DNA of 63,163 bases, filler included, from a bacterium (GCA_027062325.1; 3 parts of 3 records of this genome joined end to end with filler, not necessarily neighbours in it); one strand, 5' to 3'; positions 1-9,779 are shown, counted from the whole stretch's first letter. Notes: generated from the letters alone by a model not told the origin. Translations and numbers: made by a program.

Positions 1-2
1 GA

Positions 3-194
3 TTGGGGCAGAAGGTGTTTATGAATACGTCAGCAGTAGTTTTGCAACATTTGTTTCATGGTTTCTTGATAGGAGCTACAGTCGTTGCTTTTGTTGTATT
101 TATCTGGGATTTAATTCTTGTATCTTCAATGGTTAAGAGGGTTATTGAAATAGCCAATAAGGATGAGTTGAAAGTAGCTGGTGGAGAGGAATAG
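3..194 (+). CDS. Hypothetical membrane protein, probably the 3' end of a gene cut by the window edge
   Basis: Open frame from the edge; one hydrophobic segment (GFLIGATVVAFVVFIWDLILV). Confidence 0.4.
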   Translation: MGQKVFMNTSAVVLQHLFHGFLIGATVVAFVVFIWDLILVSSMVKRVIEIANKDELKVAGGEE

Positions 195-197
195 AGC

Positions 198-563
198 CTA
201 AGATAACTTGATTACAGGTAGCATGCTTAGGATGATAAAATGGGAAATAGAAAACCATACGATGTTGAATAGTGAAAATAGCAGTGTGTTTATGGGGTTG
301 TATGTTAGAGGAAGAAGAGGTAAACCTACAAGTAAGAATGTGTAGAAGAGGAAAGGAGAGCCAGTTATTGAGGCGGCAAAAGGTGTGCTAAGAATGATAA
401 GAACGGGTAAAAAGTTGTCGAGATTTGATGTTTTGTACATAGTAGAGACGGACAAAGCAATTGGAAACAGTGTGGCCATCCAAAAAAGAGCCATATAGGT
501 ATTCAGCAATGATAGGTATATCAAAGCACTTAGTATAAACAGTATAAATATCATATCGCACAC
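198..563 (-). CDS. Hypothetical integral membrane protein
   Basis: 121 aa, almost entirely hydrophobic; 15 nt downstream of the TPR lipoprotein on the same strand. Confidence 0.5.
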   Translation of the reverse strand: MCDMIFILFILSALIYLSLLNTYMALFWMATLFPIALSVSTMYKTSNLDNFLPVLIILSTPFAASITGSPFLFYTFLLVGLPLLPLTYNPINTLLFSLFNIVWFSISHFIILSMLPVIKLS

Positions 564-578
564 CTTGCCTTGTTAAAT

Positions 579-1217
579 TTACAATCCAAGGCTTCTTAAA
601 GTGGATGCAATTTTTAGAACAACAGGATTTGCTGGTTCAAGAGATAGTGCTTGAGAAAGCTTTGTACTGGCTGCTACTCTATCTCCTGAGAGAAAACTTA
701 TGAGCGCTTGGTAAGCGTAAAGTTCTCCAGCAGTTATTGCCAGTATATCTGATGAGTATAGAGTGACGTCATTGATGTCTGGGGATAATCTCCCGTCTGC
801 AAGGTTTACGAATGATTTGAGGACTTTTAACTCTGGTAGAGTTTCGGATTTTGTCGCATGTTTTTCCGCTTTTGCTAACCATGTCTTTACCTGCTCATCA
901 TCTGGATTTACACCAGGAATTCTAAGAAGATTTGATACAACTCCAATGCTACATCTCTCTTTTTCGATATCAGTCCTGGCAATTTCGTAAGCGCTTGCGA
1001 ATTTAGTGGCAGCTGCTGAGTAGTTTCCACTTTCAAGATAACTTCTTGCTTCATTAAATGCTGCGGCATACTCTGGAGTTTCTCCATTTGGTATAGATGG
1101 ATCTTCTGGATTTAGCTCCGTAATGGATTTTGAAGGTGATATGCAGCTTATGGTGAATAGGAGCATTATTGCAAGGACTATTACAACGAATGTTTCAAAT
1201 CTGAACTCAATCTTCAT
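579..1217 (-). CDS. TPR-containing putative lipoprotein
   Basis: Signal peptide with lipobox-like FTISC; TPR-like helices (ARSYLESGNYSAAATKFASA; ALSLEPANPV); strong RBS GGAGGAG. Confidence 0.7.
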   Translation of the reverse strand: MKIEFRFETFVVIVLAIMLLFTISCISPSKSITELNPEDPSIPNGETPEYAAAFNEARSYLESGNYSAAATKFASAYEIARTDIEKERCSIGVVSNLLRIPGVNPDDEQVKTWLAKAEKHATKSETLPELKVLKSFVNLADGRLSPDINDVTLYSSDILAITAGELYAYQALISFLSGDRVAASTKLSQALSLEPANPVVLKIASTLRSLGL

Positions 1218-1294
1218 TCTCCTCCCTCCCGTTCCTAAAATAGCTTTTCGGAAATAGATAGGATAAAATTAAGTGAAAGGAGGATGATAAGGCT

Positions 1295-1576
1295 ATGAGG
1301 AGTAAAATGGATAGGCTGAATAAACTTGGGGGATATAGCTTATTGGATGTTAGAGAGGGAGAGTGTGTGGAAGTTATAGGTTTTAACGCTGGACCGAATG
1401 CTAGACTGCGCCTGGAGAATATGGGAATAGGTGTTGGAGTTAGGCTTAAGGTGGTGAAAATTGGACCAGTTTTAGGACCTGTTTTGATAGAGAATTTGCA
1501 TGATGGCAACAAATTTGCTTTGGGAAGGAGATTGGCTGAAAAAGTTGTGGTGAGGTTGTGTGAAAAGGAGGCATAA
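1295..1576 (+). CDS. feoA: FeoA family ferrous iron transport protein A
   Basis: RLRLENMGIGVG, GPVLIE and FALGRRLAEKVVV match the FeoA SH3-like pattern. Confidence 0.85.
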   Translation: MRSKMDRLNKLGGYSLLDVREGECVEVIGFNAGPNARLRLENMGIGVGVRLKVVKIGPVLGPVLIENLHDGNKFALGRRLAEKVVVRLCEKEA

Positions 1577-2159
1577 GGAATTATTGAGTCTTGCTTATAG
1601 GGTTGCAGCCACCACTACTCTTGGTTACAAGACGAGCTTAAGGTTCTGTTATGATTTGGTGGGAAATGAACCGGCCATTCAAACACTTGAAACGTTAGTT
1701 GATTTTTTAAGGGAATTTAAACGCTGTGAGGTTTGTGGATGCTATAATCGTGGAAATAGATGCTCTTATTGTGATATAGAGAGTGAAGTAGTAGCTGTTT
1801 TGAAGGATCAGCTCATGGTTGATTTGATAGTTGAAGTTTTTACATTTAGGCCTTTTTTGGTTGATGAGGAAAGGTTTGCTGATCCTGAGTATTTATATTC
1901 TATGGTTAGTTCCTTAAAGAGAGTTGTGCAAAATGCGGGGATTAAGGAGGTTTTCTTAGGATTTGCAAATTCATCGGAAGATCAATTGGTGGCAGAGTAT
2001 ATATTGAGTTTTCTAGAGAGGGAAGGTTTAAAGATTAAAGTTACGGTTCCAGCTTTTTTGGGAAAAAATAAGGATTTTTATATTTTGGATCCTGAAATTT
2101 TGAGAGATATGGTTGTTTACAGAAAGAAATTGGGTGGTGTTGAAACTGATGGGATATAA
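1560..2159 (+). CDS. recR: Divergent RecR-like recombination mediator protein
   Basis: 199 aa (RecR size); HhH-like LGYKTSLRFCYDL, C4 zinc finger CEVC-x8-CSYC, Toprim-like IKEVFLG...LVAEYI, C-terminal LDPEIL...RKKL. Confidence 0.7.
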   Translation: MKRRHKELLSLAYRVAATTTLGYKTSLRFCYDLVGNEPAIQTLETLVDFLREFKRCEVCGCYNRGNRCSYCDIESEVVAVLKDQLMVDLIVEVFTFRPFLVDEERFADPEYLYSMVSSLKRVVQNAGIKEVFLGFANSSEDQLVAEYILSFLEREGLKIKVTVPAFLGKNKDFYILDPEILRDMVVYRKKLGGVETDGI

Positions 2160-2460
2160 TGGCGTAGTTAACGGTAAATTTAAATTAGATGGTCGTTTAG
2201 ATGCCTATGAGGTTATGAAAATGGAGGAAGAGTTAAAAAAAGATGTGGAGAAGTTATTGAAGGGAAAAGACGGAAAAAATGTGGAATTAGATTTGACAGG
2301 TGTGACGTATGCTTCAAGTGCTTTTTTACGAGTGTTGTTGTGGATAAGAAAGAGAGTGGCTGCTCTTGGTGGAGGGAAAGTTGTTCTCGTAGGAGTTGGA
2401 AAAGAGTTAGAGAAGATACTTGATATATCTGGATTTAAACCATACTTTGAGTTGAAATAA
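2149..2460 (+). CDS. STAS domain protein (anti-sigma factor antagonist)
   Basis: LDGRLDA, LDLTGVTYASSAFLRVLL and ILDISGF are typical STAS motifs; ATG at 2149 preferred. Confidence 0.85.
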   Translation: MGYNGVVNGKFKLDGRLDAYEVMKMEEELKKDVEKLLKGKDGKNVELDLTGVTYASSAFLRVLLWIRKRVAALGGGKVVLVGVGKELEKILDISGFKPYFELK

Positions 2461-2464
2461 CAGC

Positions 2465-3103
2465 ATGGTGATGAGGATGGATTTGAGAGTTGCAAAATTC
2501 AAGCTTTTAAGCTATCCGAATTTAAAAAAGAAGAGAAAATTTTACGAAGGAAAAGTTAAGGTTTGGTTGGAAGAGAATTTCCGTTGGAAGAAGAAGGTGT
2601 TTTTTTATTGTTTAAGTGCTGGATTTATTTTACTTGTGATGCTTTTTTTGATTTGGGGAATATTCAAGAGTTCGATTTATGCAAAATTAAATGAAATAGG
2701 AATACACAGCACTAAATTGAAAGGGAAATTCGTTATAAAATTTGAAGGCAAGGTTGTGCCTACTTTAAGGTTTGGTTCATATGTAAGTGGAGATTTCAAT
2801 CTTATCTCTTCTAAGTATAGTCTATATGTTGATGGGGAGATACTGTACGTGTATTACAATACTTTTGGTTTAGTTAATGGTGTTGCGACTATTAAAGTTA
2901 AGAGTGATAGTTTTCCTGTAACAGTGTTTTTGTATCCTGAAGGAAGGGCTCTCCTTGGAAAGGGGAAGTTTGTTTTGAAAGTGGACGGCTTAAGGGTGAA
3001 AGTTGAATGTCTTGAAGGAACGGGCTTGCTTACATTTGGTAAAAATAAGTATAGGCTTGTGAATGGAGCTAAGCTGAATTTCTACAATGGTAAGTTGATA
3101 TAG
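2465..3103 (+). CDS. Single-pass membrane protein with a FecR-like extracytoplasmic domain
   Basis: One TM helix, then a beta-rich region; FPVTVF...LLGKGKFVLKVD...KVECLEG resembles FecR PFxV...VLGTxFxV...VxVxEG. Confidence 0.45.
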   Translation: MVMRMDLRVAKFKLLSYPNLKKKRKFYEGKVKVWLEENFRWKKKVFFYCLSAGFILLVMLFLIWGIFKSSIYAKLNEIGIHSTKLKGKFVIKFEGKVVPTLRFGSYVSGDFNLISSKYSLYVDGEILYVYYNTFGLVNGVATIKVKSDSFPVTVFLYPEGRALLGKGKFVLKVDGLRVKVECLEGTGLLTFGKNKYRLVNGAKLNFYNGKLI

Positions 3104-3114
3104 GGGGTGAGAAA

Positions 3115-3972
3115 ATGGATTACGGTTACATAAGACTCGGTGTCAATGTGGATCATGTAGCAACGCTCCGGCAGGCGCGTCTTACAAATTATCCGGATCC
3201 GGTTGAGGCTGCTATGATTGCTCTCGATGCAGGGGCGGATTTGATAACTGTTCATTTGAGGGAGGATAGACGTCACATTCAAGATGATGATGTATATGTT
3301 ATGAGAAGACTTGTACCATATTTGAATTTAGAAATGTCGGTTAATGAAGATATAGTCAAGATTGCAGAGGGTATTGTTCCAGACTGTTGTACTCTTGTTC
3401 CAGAGAGAAGAGAAGAGTTGACAACTGAAGGAGGACTAGATGTTGTTGGAAATTTTGAAAGAATTAAGGAAGTTATAGATCGTTTATTTACTGCAGGTGT
3501 GAAAAAAGTGTCGCTCTTTATAGAAGCGGATAAAAAACAGATTGGAGCTTCTCAAGAGGCGGGGGCTACGGCAGTAGAGCTCCACACGGGGCGTTATGCG
3601 GATACTCGTGGTAAAGAGCAAGAAAAAGAGTTAGAGCGTATAAAAGAGGCAGCGTACTTTGCAGCAGAGCTTGGCTTGGAAGTTGCGGCAGGACACGGGC
3701 TTAATTACGAGAATGTGGTTCCAATTGCTAAAATTTATGAAATAGAGGAGTTAAACATTGGTCACAGTATAGTGGCTGCTGCTGTTATTGAGGGAATGGC
3801 AAGTGCTGTTTGGAGAATGAAATCTATAATGCTTGCTTCAAGAGGTGGAGAGGATGTGTGGAATTATTGGGTACGTGGGGAAAAGATCAGTGGTTCCAGT
3901 GATTTTAGAGGGGTTATATCGCCTAGAGTACCGGGGTTACGATTCAGCTGGGATAGCGGTGGTATCGAATGA
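3115..3972 (+). CDS. pdxJ: Pyridoxine 5'-phosphate synthase
   Basis: LGVNVDHVATLRQAR, HLREDRRHI, VPERREELTTEGGLDV, ELHTG, AGHGL, ELNIGHSI. Confidence 0.97.
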   Translation: MDYGYIRLGVNVDHVATLRQARLTNYPDPVEAAMIALDAGADLITVHLREDRRHIQDDDVYVMRRLVPYLNLEMSVNEDIVKIAEGIVPDCCTLVPERREELTTEGGLDVVGNFERIKEVIDRLFTAGVKKVSLFIEADKKQIGASQEAGATAVELHTGRYADTRGKEQEKELERIKEAAYFAAELGLEVAAGHGLNYENVVPIAKIYEIEELNIGHSIVAAAVIEGMASAVWRMKSIMLASRGGEDVWNYWVRGEKISGSSDFRGVISPRVPGLRFSWDSGGIE

Positions 3973-5680
3973 TGGAAAACTTTATTTGAAGAAGGTTAAG
4001 GGAAAAGTTCGAGATTTAGAGCGCGCTATAGACTTTGGTGAAATAAAGGGAGCTGGAATTGGACATACAAGATGGGCAACGCATGGAAAGCCCACAGTTA
4101 CCAATGCGCATCCTCATACTGACTGTACTGAAAGTATAGTGTTAGTTCACAATGGAATAATAGAAAATTATGAGGAGCTGCGTGAAGAACTTGCTTCTAA
4201 AGGCCATGTCTTCAAGTCTGATACCGATACAGAGGTCATAGTTCATCTGATAGAGGATTTTTTGAAAGAGGGACTTGAAAAATTTGAAGCGGTAGTTGCC
4301 GCAATGCGTAAAGTTGATGGTGCTTACGCAGTTGGAGTCATATTCAAGGATGAGCCAAATGCGATATACGCTGCACGTCGGGGAAGTCCTTTGATAATTG
4401 GTGTTGGGGAAGCTGAAAACTTCATAGCTTCTGATATACCAGCTGTGTTGAACTATACTAGACGGGTTGTTGTTTTGAATGACTTTGAGATTGCAAAAAT
4501 TACTCCTGATGAAGTTGTTGTGAAGAGCATATTTGGTGATTTTGTGAATTACAAAGTTTTGGAGATACAGTGGTCAGCTCAGATGGCGGAAAAGGGTGGA
4601 TATCCTCACTACATGTTGAAGGAAATTCACGAGCAGCCCAGCGCCATAATGGATACAATGCGTGGACGTATAAAAGATGGAGAGGTTTTTCTGCCTGAAC
4701 TTGATGAATTGCTTGGTGAAGAGCTGCCATCACGCATATATATTGTGGCTTGTGGAACAAGTTACCATGCAGGATTAGTAGGTAAATACGCTATAGAAAA
4801 ACTTGCCAAGATTCCGGTTGAAGTTGACATAGCTAGTGAATTTCGTTATCGCGATGTGGTTTGGGATGATAGGGGAATGGCTTTGTTGATATCTCAGTCT
4901 GGAGAGACTGCTGATACATTGGCTGCAATGCATATGATTCAACGTGCTGGATTGAAGACAGTGGCAGTTGTGAACGTTTTAGGGAGCACTATGAGTCGTG
5001 ATGCAGACGTTGCACTTTATACGAGAGCGGGTCCTGAAATAAGCGTTGCCTCTACGAAAGCTTTTACCAGTCAGTTAACAGTGCTTTATCTATTTGCCTT
5101 GTGGTTGGCGGCAAAGAGTGATCCAAGGGGTACAGAGGTTTTGAAGAATATATTATCAGGATTAGCGTTTGTTCCCCAACTTGTAGATACAGTGTTAACA
5201 GCTGAGGAAAAGATTGCCTTTATGGCAGAAAAGTTCGCCTCTTTTTCCCACTTTATGTATCTGGGACGTGGTATAAATTGGCCTGTTGCTATGGAAGGAG
5301 CTTTGAAGCTTAAAGAAATCTCTTACATACACGCTGAAGCTTATCCAGCGGGTGAGATGAAGCACGGACCGATTGCTCTTGTAGATGATAAGATGCCTGT
5401 TTTTGCCATAGCTACGAAATCACGCGTTTATGAGAAGATGATCAACAACATAGAAGAAGTGCTTTCTCGCGAGGGAAGATTGATTGCTTTAATAAGTCAG
5501 GATGATAGGCGTCTTATGAATAAGGTTCAGGATGTCATAGTTATGCCAGAAGTTGCAGAAATTTTTTCACCTGTTGTCAACGTTGTTGCATTGCAGCTTT
5601 TTGCTTACTACTGTGCAATTGAGAGGGGACTTGATCCAGATAGACCAAGAAATTTGGCAAAGAGTGTTACTGTTGAATAA
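3854..5680 (+). CDS. glmS: Glutamine--fructose-6-phosphate aminotransferase
   Basis: Starts MCGIIG (ATG 3854); LEYRGYDSAG, GHTRWATHG, SQSGETADT, C-terminal PRNLAKSVTVE. Confidence 0.98.
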   Translation: MCGIIGYVGKRSVVPVILEGLYRLEYRGYDSAGIAVVSNDGKLYLKKVKGKVRDLERAIDFGEIKGAGIGHTRWATHGKPTVTNAHPHTDCTESIVLVHNGIIENYEELREELASKGHVFKSDTDTEVIVHLIEDFLKEGLEKFEAVVAAMRKVDGAYAVGVIFKDEPNAIYAARRGSPLIIGVGEAENFIASDIPAVLNYTRRVVVLNDFEIAKITPDEVVVKSIFGDFVNYKVLEIQWSAQMAEKGGYPHYMLKEIHEQPSAIMDTMRGRIKDGEVFLPELDELLGEELPSRIYIVACGTSYHAGLVGKYAIEKLAKIPVEVDIASEFRYRDVVWDDRGMALLISQSGETADTLAAMHMIQRAGLKTVAVVNVLGSTMSRDADVALYTRAGPEISVASTKAFTSQLTVLYLFALWLAAKSDPRGTEVLKNILSGLAFVPQLVDTVLTAEEKIAFMAEKFASFSHFMYLGRGINWPVAMEGALKLKEISYIHAEAYPAGEMKHGPIALVDDKMPVFAIATKSRVYEKMINNIEEVLSREGRLIALISQDDRRLMNKVQDVIVMPEVAEIFSPVVNVVALQLFAYYCAIERGLDPDRPRNLAKSVTVE

Positions 5681-5714
5681 GAAAATGTGTTGAATTGTCA
5701 GTGAGGAGTTGCTT

Positions 5715-6968
5715 ATGGTGGAGGCGAAGGTTACACCAGATTTGAAGCCTGAGTTGAAGCTTAGGTTAAAACTCTATCCTAAGATACGCTTTTTTGTTGA
5801 TTTATTGGAAAAAAGTGGGGCAGAGTTGCAGGAAGAGATAAGAAGAGATCCCAGTTTTTTTTCGGGAATAGAATTTGTATCAAGTGGAGGCGAGCCTGAG
5901 AATTGGGAGAGGATTTCTCAGGAGAGTGAGAATTTACGTGCCAAGTTATTTGAACAGTATTCAATGATGGAAGATGATCCTATCAAGCTAAAAATTGCGG
6001 AGTTTCTTATATATTCGGCAGATGAAAAGGGATTTTTACCTATCAGTGTAGAAGAGGTTTCGAAATATTTGGATGTGAATCCTGAGCTTGTTGAGAAGGT
6101 TCGTCAAGAGATTGCCCTTCTTGATCCACCGGGGGTTTGCGCTCTGAATTGGCGGGAGATGCTGAAGTTTCAAGCAATTGCGAAAGAAGCGCCGTCTGAG
6201 GTTTTGACGTTCATAGAAAATGTAGAATTGGCGCTTGAGAAGCCTGAGGAGTTTTCAAAAAAATTTGGAATTCCGCTTGAAAAGATAGAAGAGATAAAAG
6301 AATACGTTGCAAATAATATGACTCCGTACGTTATGTTGGAACCTGCAAGTAATGAACTCAAAACGACAAGAATAGACATGGAATTTAAAAAAGATCCTCA
6401 TAAGGGGTGGCAGGTGGAGCTGCACAATGTACCAAACATAACAATATCCAATGCTTATCTATCACTTGTTGACGATCCTGCTGTTTCTGAAGAACAAAAG
6501 AGATATATCCGTAATCAAATAAAGAAAGCTAGAATGATAATAGATGCTATAAAGAGGAAATATGAGCTTTTAAAAAAGGTTGGTGAGTACATAGTTGTTC
6601 GCCAAAAAAAGTTTTTAGAGGGTGAAGGAGAGCTTGAGCCACTTACAATGACGGAGATTGCGCGGGCTTTCGAAGTTGAGCCCTCAACAATTTCTCGACT
6701 TGTTAAAAATAAGTTGGTTAAAACCCCACGTGGAATAATGAATTTGCGTGATTTTTTTGTATATGGTGTGAAAGGTGTAAGTCAGAAAGAGATTGAGAAG
6801 AGAATTCGTGAAATTGTTGACAATGAGGACAAGTCTAATCCTCTTTCGGATTCTGAAATTGCTAAGATTTTAAAAGAGGAGGGGATTAGGATATCGAGAA
6901 GAACCGTAGCAAAGTATCGTCGAAAGTTAAGAATTCCCCCGTATACACAGCGAAAAGCAGAGGCTTGA
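5715..6968 (+). CDS. rpoN: RNA polymerase sigma-54 factor
   Basis: LDPPGVCA core-binding motif, HTH EPSTISR, PLSD, RpoN box SRRTVAKYR. Confidence 0.95.
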   Translation: MVEAKVTPDLKPELKLRLKLYPKIRFFVDLLEKSGAELQEEIRRDPSFFSGIEFVSSGGEPENWERISQESENLRAKLFEQYSMMEDDPIKLKIAEFLIYSADEKGFLPISVEEVSKYLDVNPELVEKVRQEIALLDPPGVCALNWREMLKFQAIAKEAPSEVLTFIENVELALEKPEEFSKKFGIPLEKIEEIKEYVANNMTPYVMLEPASNELKTTRIDMEFKKDPHKGWQVELHNVPNITISNAYLSLVDDPAVSEEQKRYIRNQIKKARMIIDAIKRKYELLKKVGEYIVVRQKKFLEGEGELEPLTMTEIARAFEVEPSTISRLVKNKLVKTPRGIMNLRDFFVYGVKGVSQKEIEKRIREIVDNEDKSNPLSDSEIAKILKEEGIRISRRTVAKYRRKLRIPPYTQRKAEA

Positions 6969-7354
6969 AGGATACAGAAGAGATTGCTGCTGCAATACTT
7001 GATATATTTAGGGGATTAAAAACGGGTGATGATAACGGTCCTTTTTTAGTGGGATTGGTAGGAGAATTAGGAAGTGGTAAAACGGAGTTAGTGCGCTGTT
7101 TTGTTAGAATTTTAGGAGAGAGAGAAGAGCTAGTACGTAGTGTTTCTTTTTTGGGGAGCACTTCATACGGCAGGATTTTACACTGTGATTTTTATCGAGT
7201 TGGAGATGTTCAAGTGATGGAGGATAATTGGGAGTGGGTGTTTATAGAATGGCCAGAGGCTGATTTGGCAGTTGATGCGGTTGTAAACATAGAGTTAGAG
7301 GAAGATGAGGTAGCAGAGGATGGCTTTGCCCGCATAGTTAAAGTTTTTGTGTGA
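6965..7354 (+). CDS. tsaE: tRNA threonylcarbamoyladenosine biosynthesis ATPase TsaE (divergent)
   Basis: P-loop GELGSGKT, HCDFYR, IEWPE; adjacent to tsaB. Confidence 0.8.
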   Translation: MKDTEEIAAAILDIFRGLKTGDDNGPFLVGLVGELGSGKTELVRCFVRILGEREELVRSVSFLGSTSYGRILHCDFYRVGDVQVMEDNWEWVFIEWPEADLAVDAVVNIELEEDEVAEDGFARIVKVFV

Positions 7355-7980
7355 GGTGCTTGGTTGTGCTTAATTTTGCCAATAAAAGAGGTTCTTCTAG
7401 GGTTTTTTTAAATACGGTTTACTTTCCGAATGCGTTTGTTGTTGAAAAAGAAGGTGAGATTGTAACAGAAGTTTTAGCGGATAGATCCTCTAAAGTTGTT
7501 GGAAATTTTTTGAAATTTATGGAGGAGATACTCAGCTGTGAGGATAGTTTAGATGTGTACTATATTGCAGGACCAGGGAGTTTTACTGGAATAAAAGTAG
7601 CTTTTTCTTTGATGAAGGCTTTTAAGAAGGTGGATAATATATTTTGGTATGGATTGAATCTTTTAGAAGTACTTGCTCACTTTGTTGAAGAAAAAGAAAA
7701 GATCTTATCAGGTGAGAAAAAGTTGAAATTTGCAGTGTACTTTTCAGCTCATCAAGGGGATGTTTTTGCTGCATTTAAAGGAGTTGACAGTGTATACTAC
7801 CTTTGTTCTTCAAAAAGTTATTTTTTGGATTTGGTGGATAGTATAGGAATTAAAAGCTATGAGTTCAAAAAAGGAGACTTTCCTAGGCCATCTGAAGTTT
7901 TGGAAATTTTGAATAAAGTAAAATTTTTTGTGAACAGACCTCTTTACATAAAAAGTCCTGTTATTGGGAAGAAAAAATAA
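7351..7980 (+). CDS. tsaB: tRNA threonylcarbamoyladenosine biosynthesis protein TsaB (divergent)
   Basis: GPGSFTGIK signature and C-terminal PLYIK; follows tsaE. Confidence 0.75.
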   Translation: MRCLVVLNFANKRGSSRVFLNTVYFPNAFVVEKEGEIVTEVLADRSSKVVGNFLKFMEEILSCEDSLDVYYIAGPGSFTGIKVAFSLMKAFKKVDNIFWYGLNLLEVLAHFVEEKEKILSGEKKLKFAVYFSAHQGDVFAAFKGVDSVYYLCSSKSYFLDLVDSIGIKSYEFKKGDFPRPSEVLEILNKVKFFVNRPLYIKSPVIGKKK

Positions 7981-7999
7981 TTCAAAAGGGGGAATAAGG

Positions 8000-9613
8000 A
8001 TGGATAAGATCTTTACAGAGTGGAAAGAAGCGATTCAACTTAAAGACTGGATGTTTGAAAACGTTCGGGTTAAGGAGTATGATATTGCAGAATTGGAGAC
8101 TCTTTTTAAGGGAGCAAGCATCCGTTCAAAGTATGGAAGCTGGGTTTTTTATACTTCGGTTAGAAATAGAAGTGCAGCTAAAACGGTGTATTTTCCAAAA
8201 GAACTACAGCGTTCACTTTCGCCTCAAAAAGAGGAAATATACAACAGCTACAGAAAAACACTAGAGCTTTTCAAAAAATATGCGCTTAAGACAAGATTTG
8301 GTTATATAAAGCGTGTTATGGGTAAGAATAATGAGTTTACACCTGTATGCCACTTTTTCTTTTCTTTGAGAAAGCCTGAGTATGCTCGTCTTGCTTACAT
8401 GTGGGCTAAGACGTTGATTGAACCGGGTGAGGCTAAAGTTGCTCCTGGTTCTCCAGAGTTCGTATTAATAATGCTACCTGAGTGGCAGGAGAAGGACAGA
8501 CAGATATTAGTGTTTGCTGAGGAGAACATAACTTTTGTTTTTGGAACTGATTACTTTGGAGAAGTGAAAAAAGGTTTCTTGAGAATGGCTATGTACAATG
8601 CTAAAAAACGGGGAATGCTTGGGTTACACGCTGGTTCTAAAATAATAAAAGCCAAAACTAAGGATGGCTTAAAAACTAAGGGTATGCTGTTATTTGGCTT
8701 ATCTGGAACTGGGAAAACTACCCACTCAGTTCATCACCACTACATGTTTGAGGATGGAGAGGATGTGCGTATAGTTCAAGATGACGTAGTGTTTCTGAAA
8801 GAAGATGGTGGATGTTTGGGAAGTGAGGTTGGGTTTTTCATAAAGACTGATGGATTAACGCGGGAGAGCCAGCCTGTAATATACGATGCTGCGACTAAGC
8901 CTGGAGCTTGCTTTGAGAATGTGTTGGTGGATCTGAATGGGGAATTGTTATTTCAGGATTTGACTTTAACTGGAAATGGGCGCGGGATTGTTCTTGCCTC
9001 TGACATTGAAAATATGGCTGATACTATAAATTTAGATGCTTCCCAGATTGAAAAATTGGTTGTGCTGTTTATCACTCGTAGAAATACGGTTGTACCGCCG
9101 CTTTTAAAATTGAATCCAGAGCAGTCAGCTCTTTACTTCATGCTTGGGGAAAGTATAGAGACATCTGCTTCCGATCCTGCACGTGCAGGGCAAAGTGTAA
9201 GGGTTGTTGGTACGAATCCTTTTATTATGGGAGCGGAAGAGGAAGAAGGTAACAGATTTTATGATATTGTGAAAAATCTTGGTGACAAAGTTGAGGTTTA
9301 CCTTTTCAATACTGGTGGTATGGGAGAACTGAAAAAAGATGGAGAGGTAGTTAAGCCTTTGAAAAAAATTGGAATAAAGGAAAGTGCTTACTTGATTCGT
9401 GCAATTTTGAGGGAAGAGATAAAATACGAATACGATGAAACTTGGAAAGCTTATAGAGCGGCGAAAGTAGAAGGGGTGGATATGGAACTTGATCCTCGTG
9501 CTTATTATGAGGAGAATGAATGGAAAAAATTGGTTGAAGAGTTGAAACAAGAGAGAGTTGAATATATGAAACAGTTTAATAGTTTGAATTTTGATTGGGA
9601 AAGGTGGATTTGA
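8000..9613 (+). CDS. pckA: Phosphoenolpyruvate carboxykinase (ATP)
   Basis: YFGEVKKG, LHAG, P-loop GLSGTGKTT, QDD, ENV, NGRG, FNTG. Confidence 0.9.
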   Translation: MDKIFTEWKEAIQLKDWMFENVRVKEYDIAELETLFKGASIRSKYGSWVFYTSVRNRSAAKTVYFPKELQRSLSPQKEEIYNSYRKTLELFKKYALKTRFGYIKRVMGKNNEFTPVCHFFFSLRKPEYARLAYMWAKTLIEPGEAKVAPGSPEFVLIMLPEWQEKDRQILVFAEENITFVFGTDYFGEVKKGFLRMAMYNAKKRGMLGLHAGSKIIKAKTKDGLKTKGMLLFGLSGTGKTTHSVHHHYMFEDGEDVRIVQDDVVFLKEDGGCLGSEVGFFIKTDGLTRESQPVIYDAATKPGACFENVLVDLNGELLFQDLTLTGNGRGIVLASDIENMADTINLDASQIEKLVVLFITRRNTVVPPLLKLNPEQSALYFMLGESIETSASDPARAGQSVRVVGTNPFIMGAEEEEGNRFYDIVKNLGDKVEVYLFNTGGMGELKKDGEVVKPLKKIGIKESAYLIRAILREEIKYEYDETWKAYRAAKVEGVDMELDPRAYYEENEWKKLVEELKQERVEYMKQFNSLNFDWERWI

Positions 9614-9779
9614 AGGGGACTTGATTAAAAAATTGCTGATGAGTTGGGATGTGTAGAATTATGTGTTAAAATAAGGGCAATGTTCCTAATAGGAGAGGAT
9701 GCGTCTAAAATAAATGGAGGGTTGATAGCTGTGTTTTATGGTGCAGAATTAAATTAATAATTGTGGGGAGGTGATTCGT

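Noticed and set aside
9715-9730. Possible sigma-54 promoter for the pilin (TGGAGG-N5-TAGC)
   Set aside because: Only the GG-N10-GC core matches; too weak.
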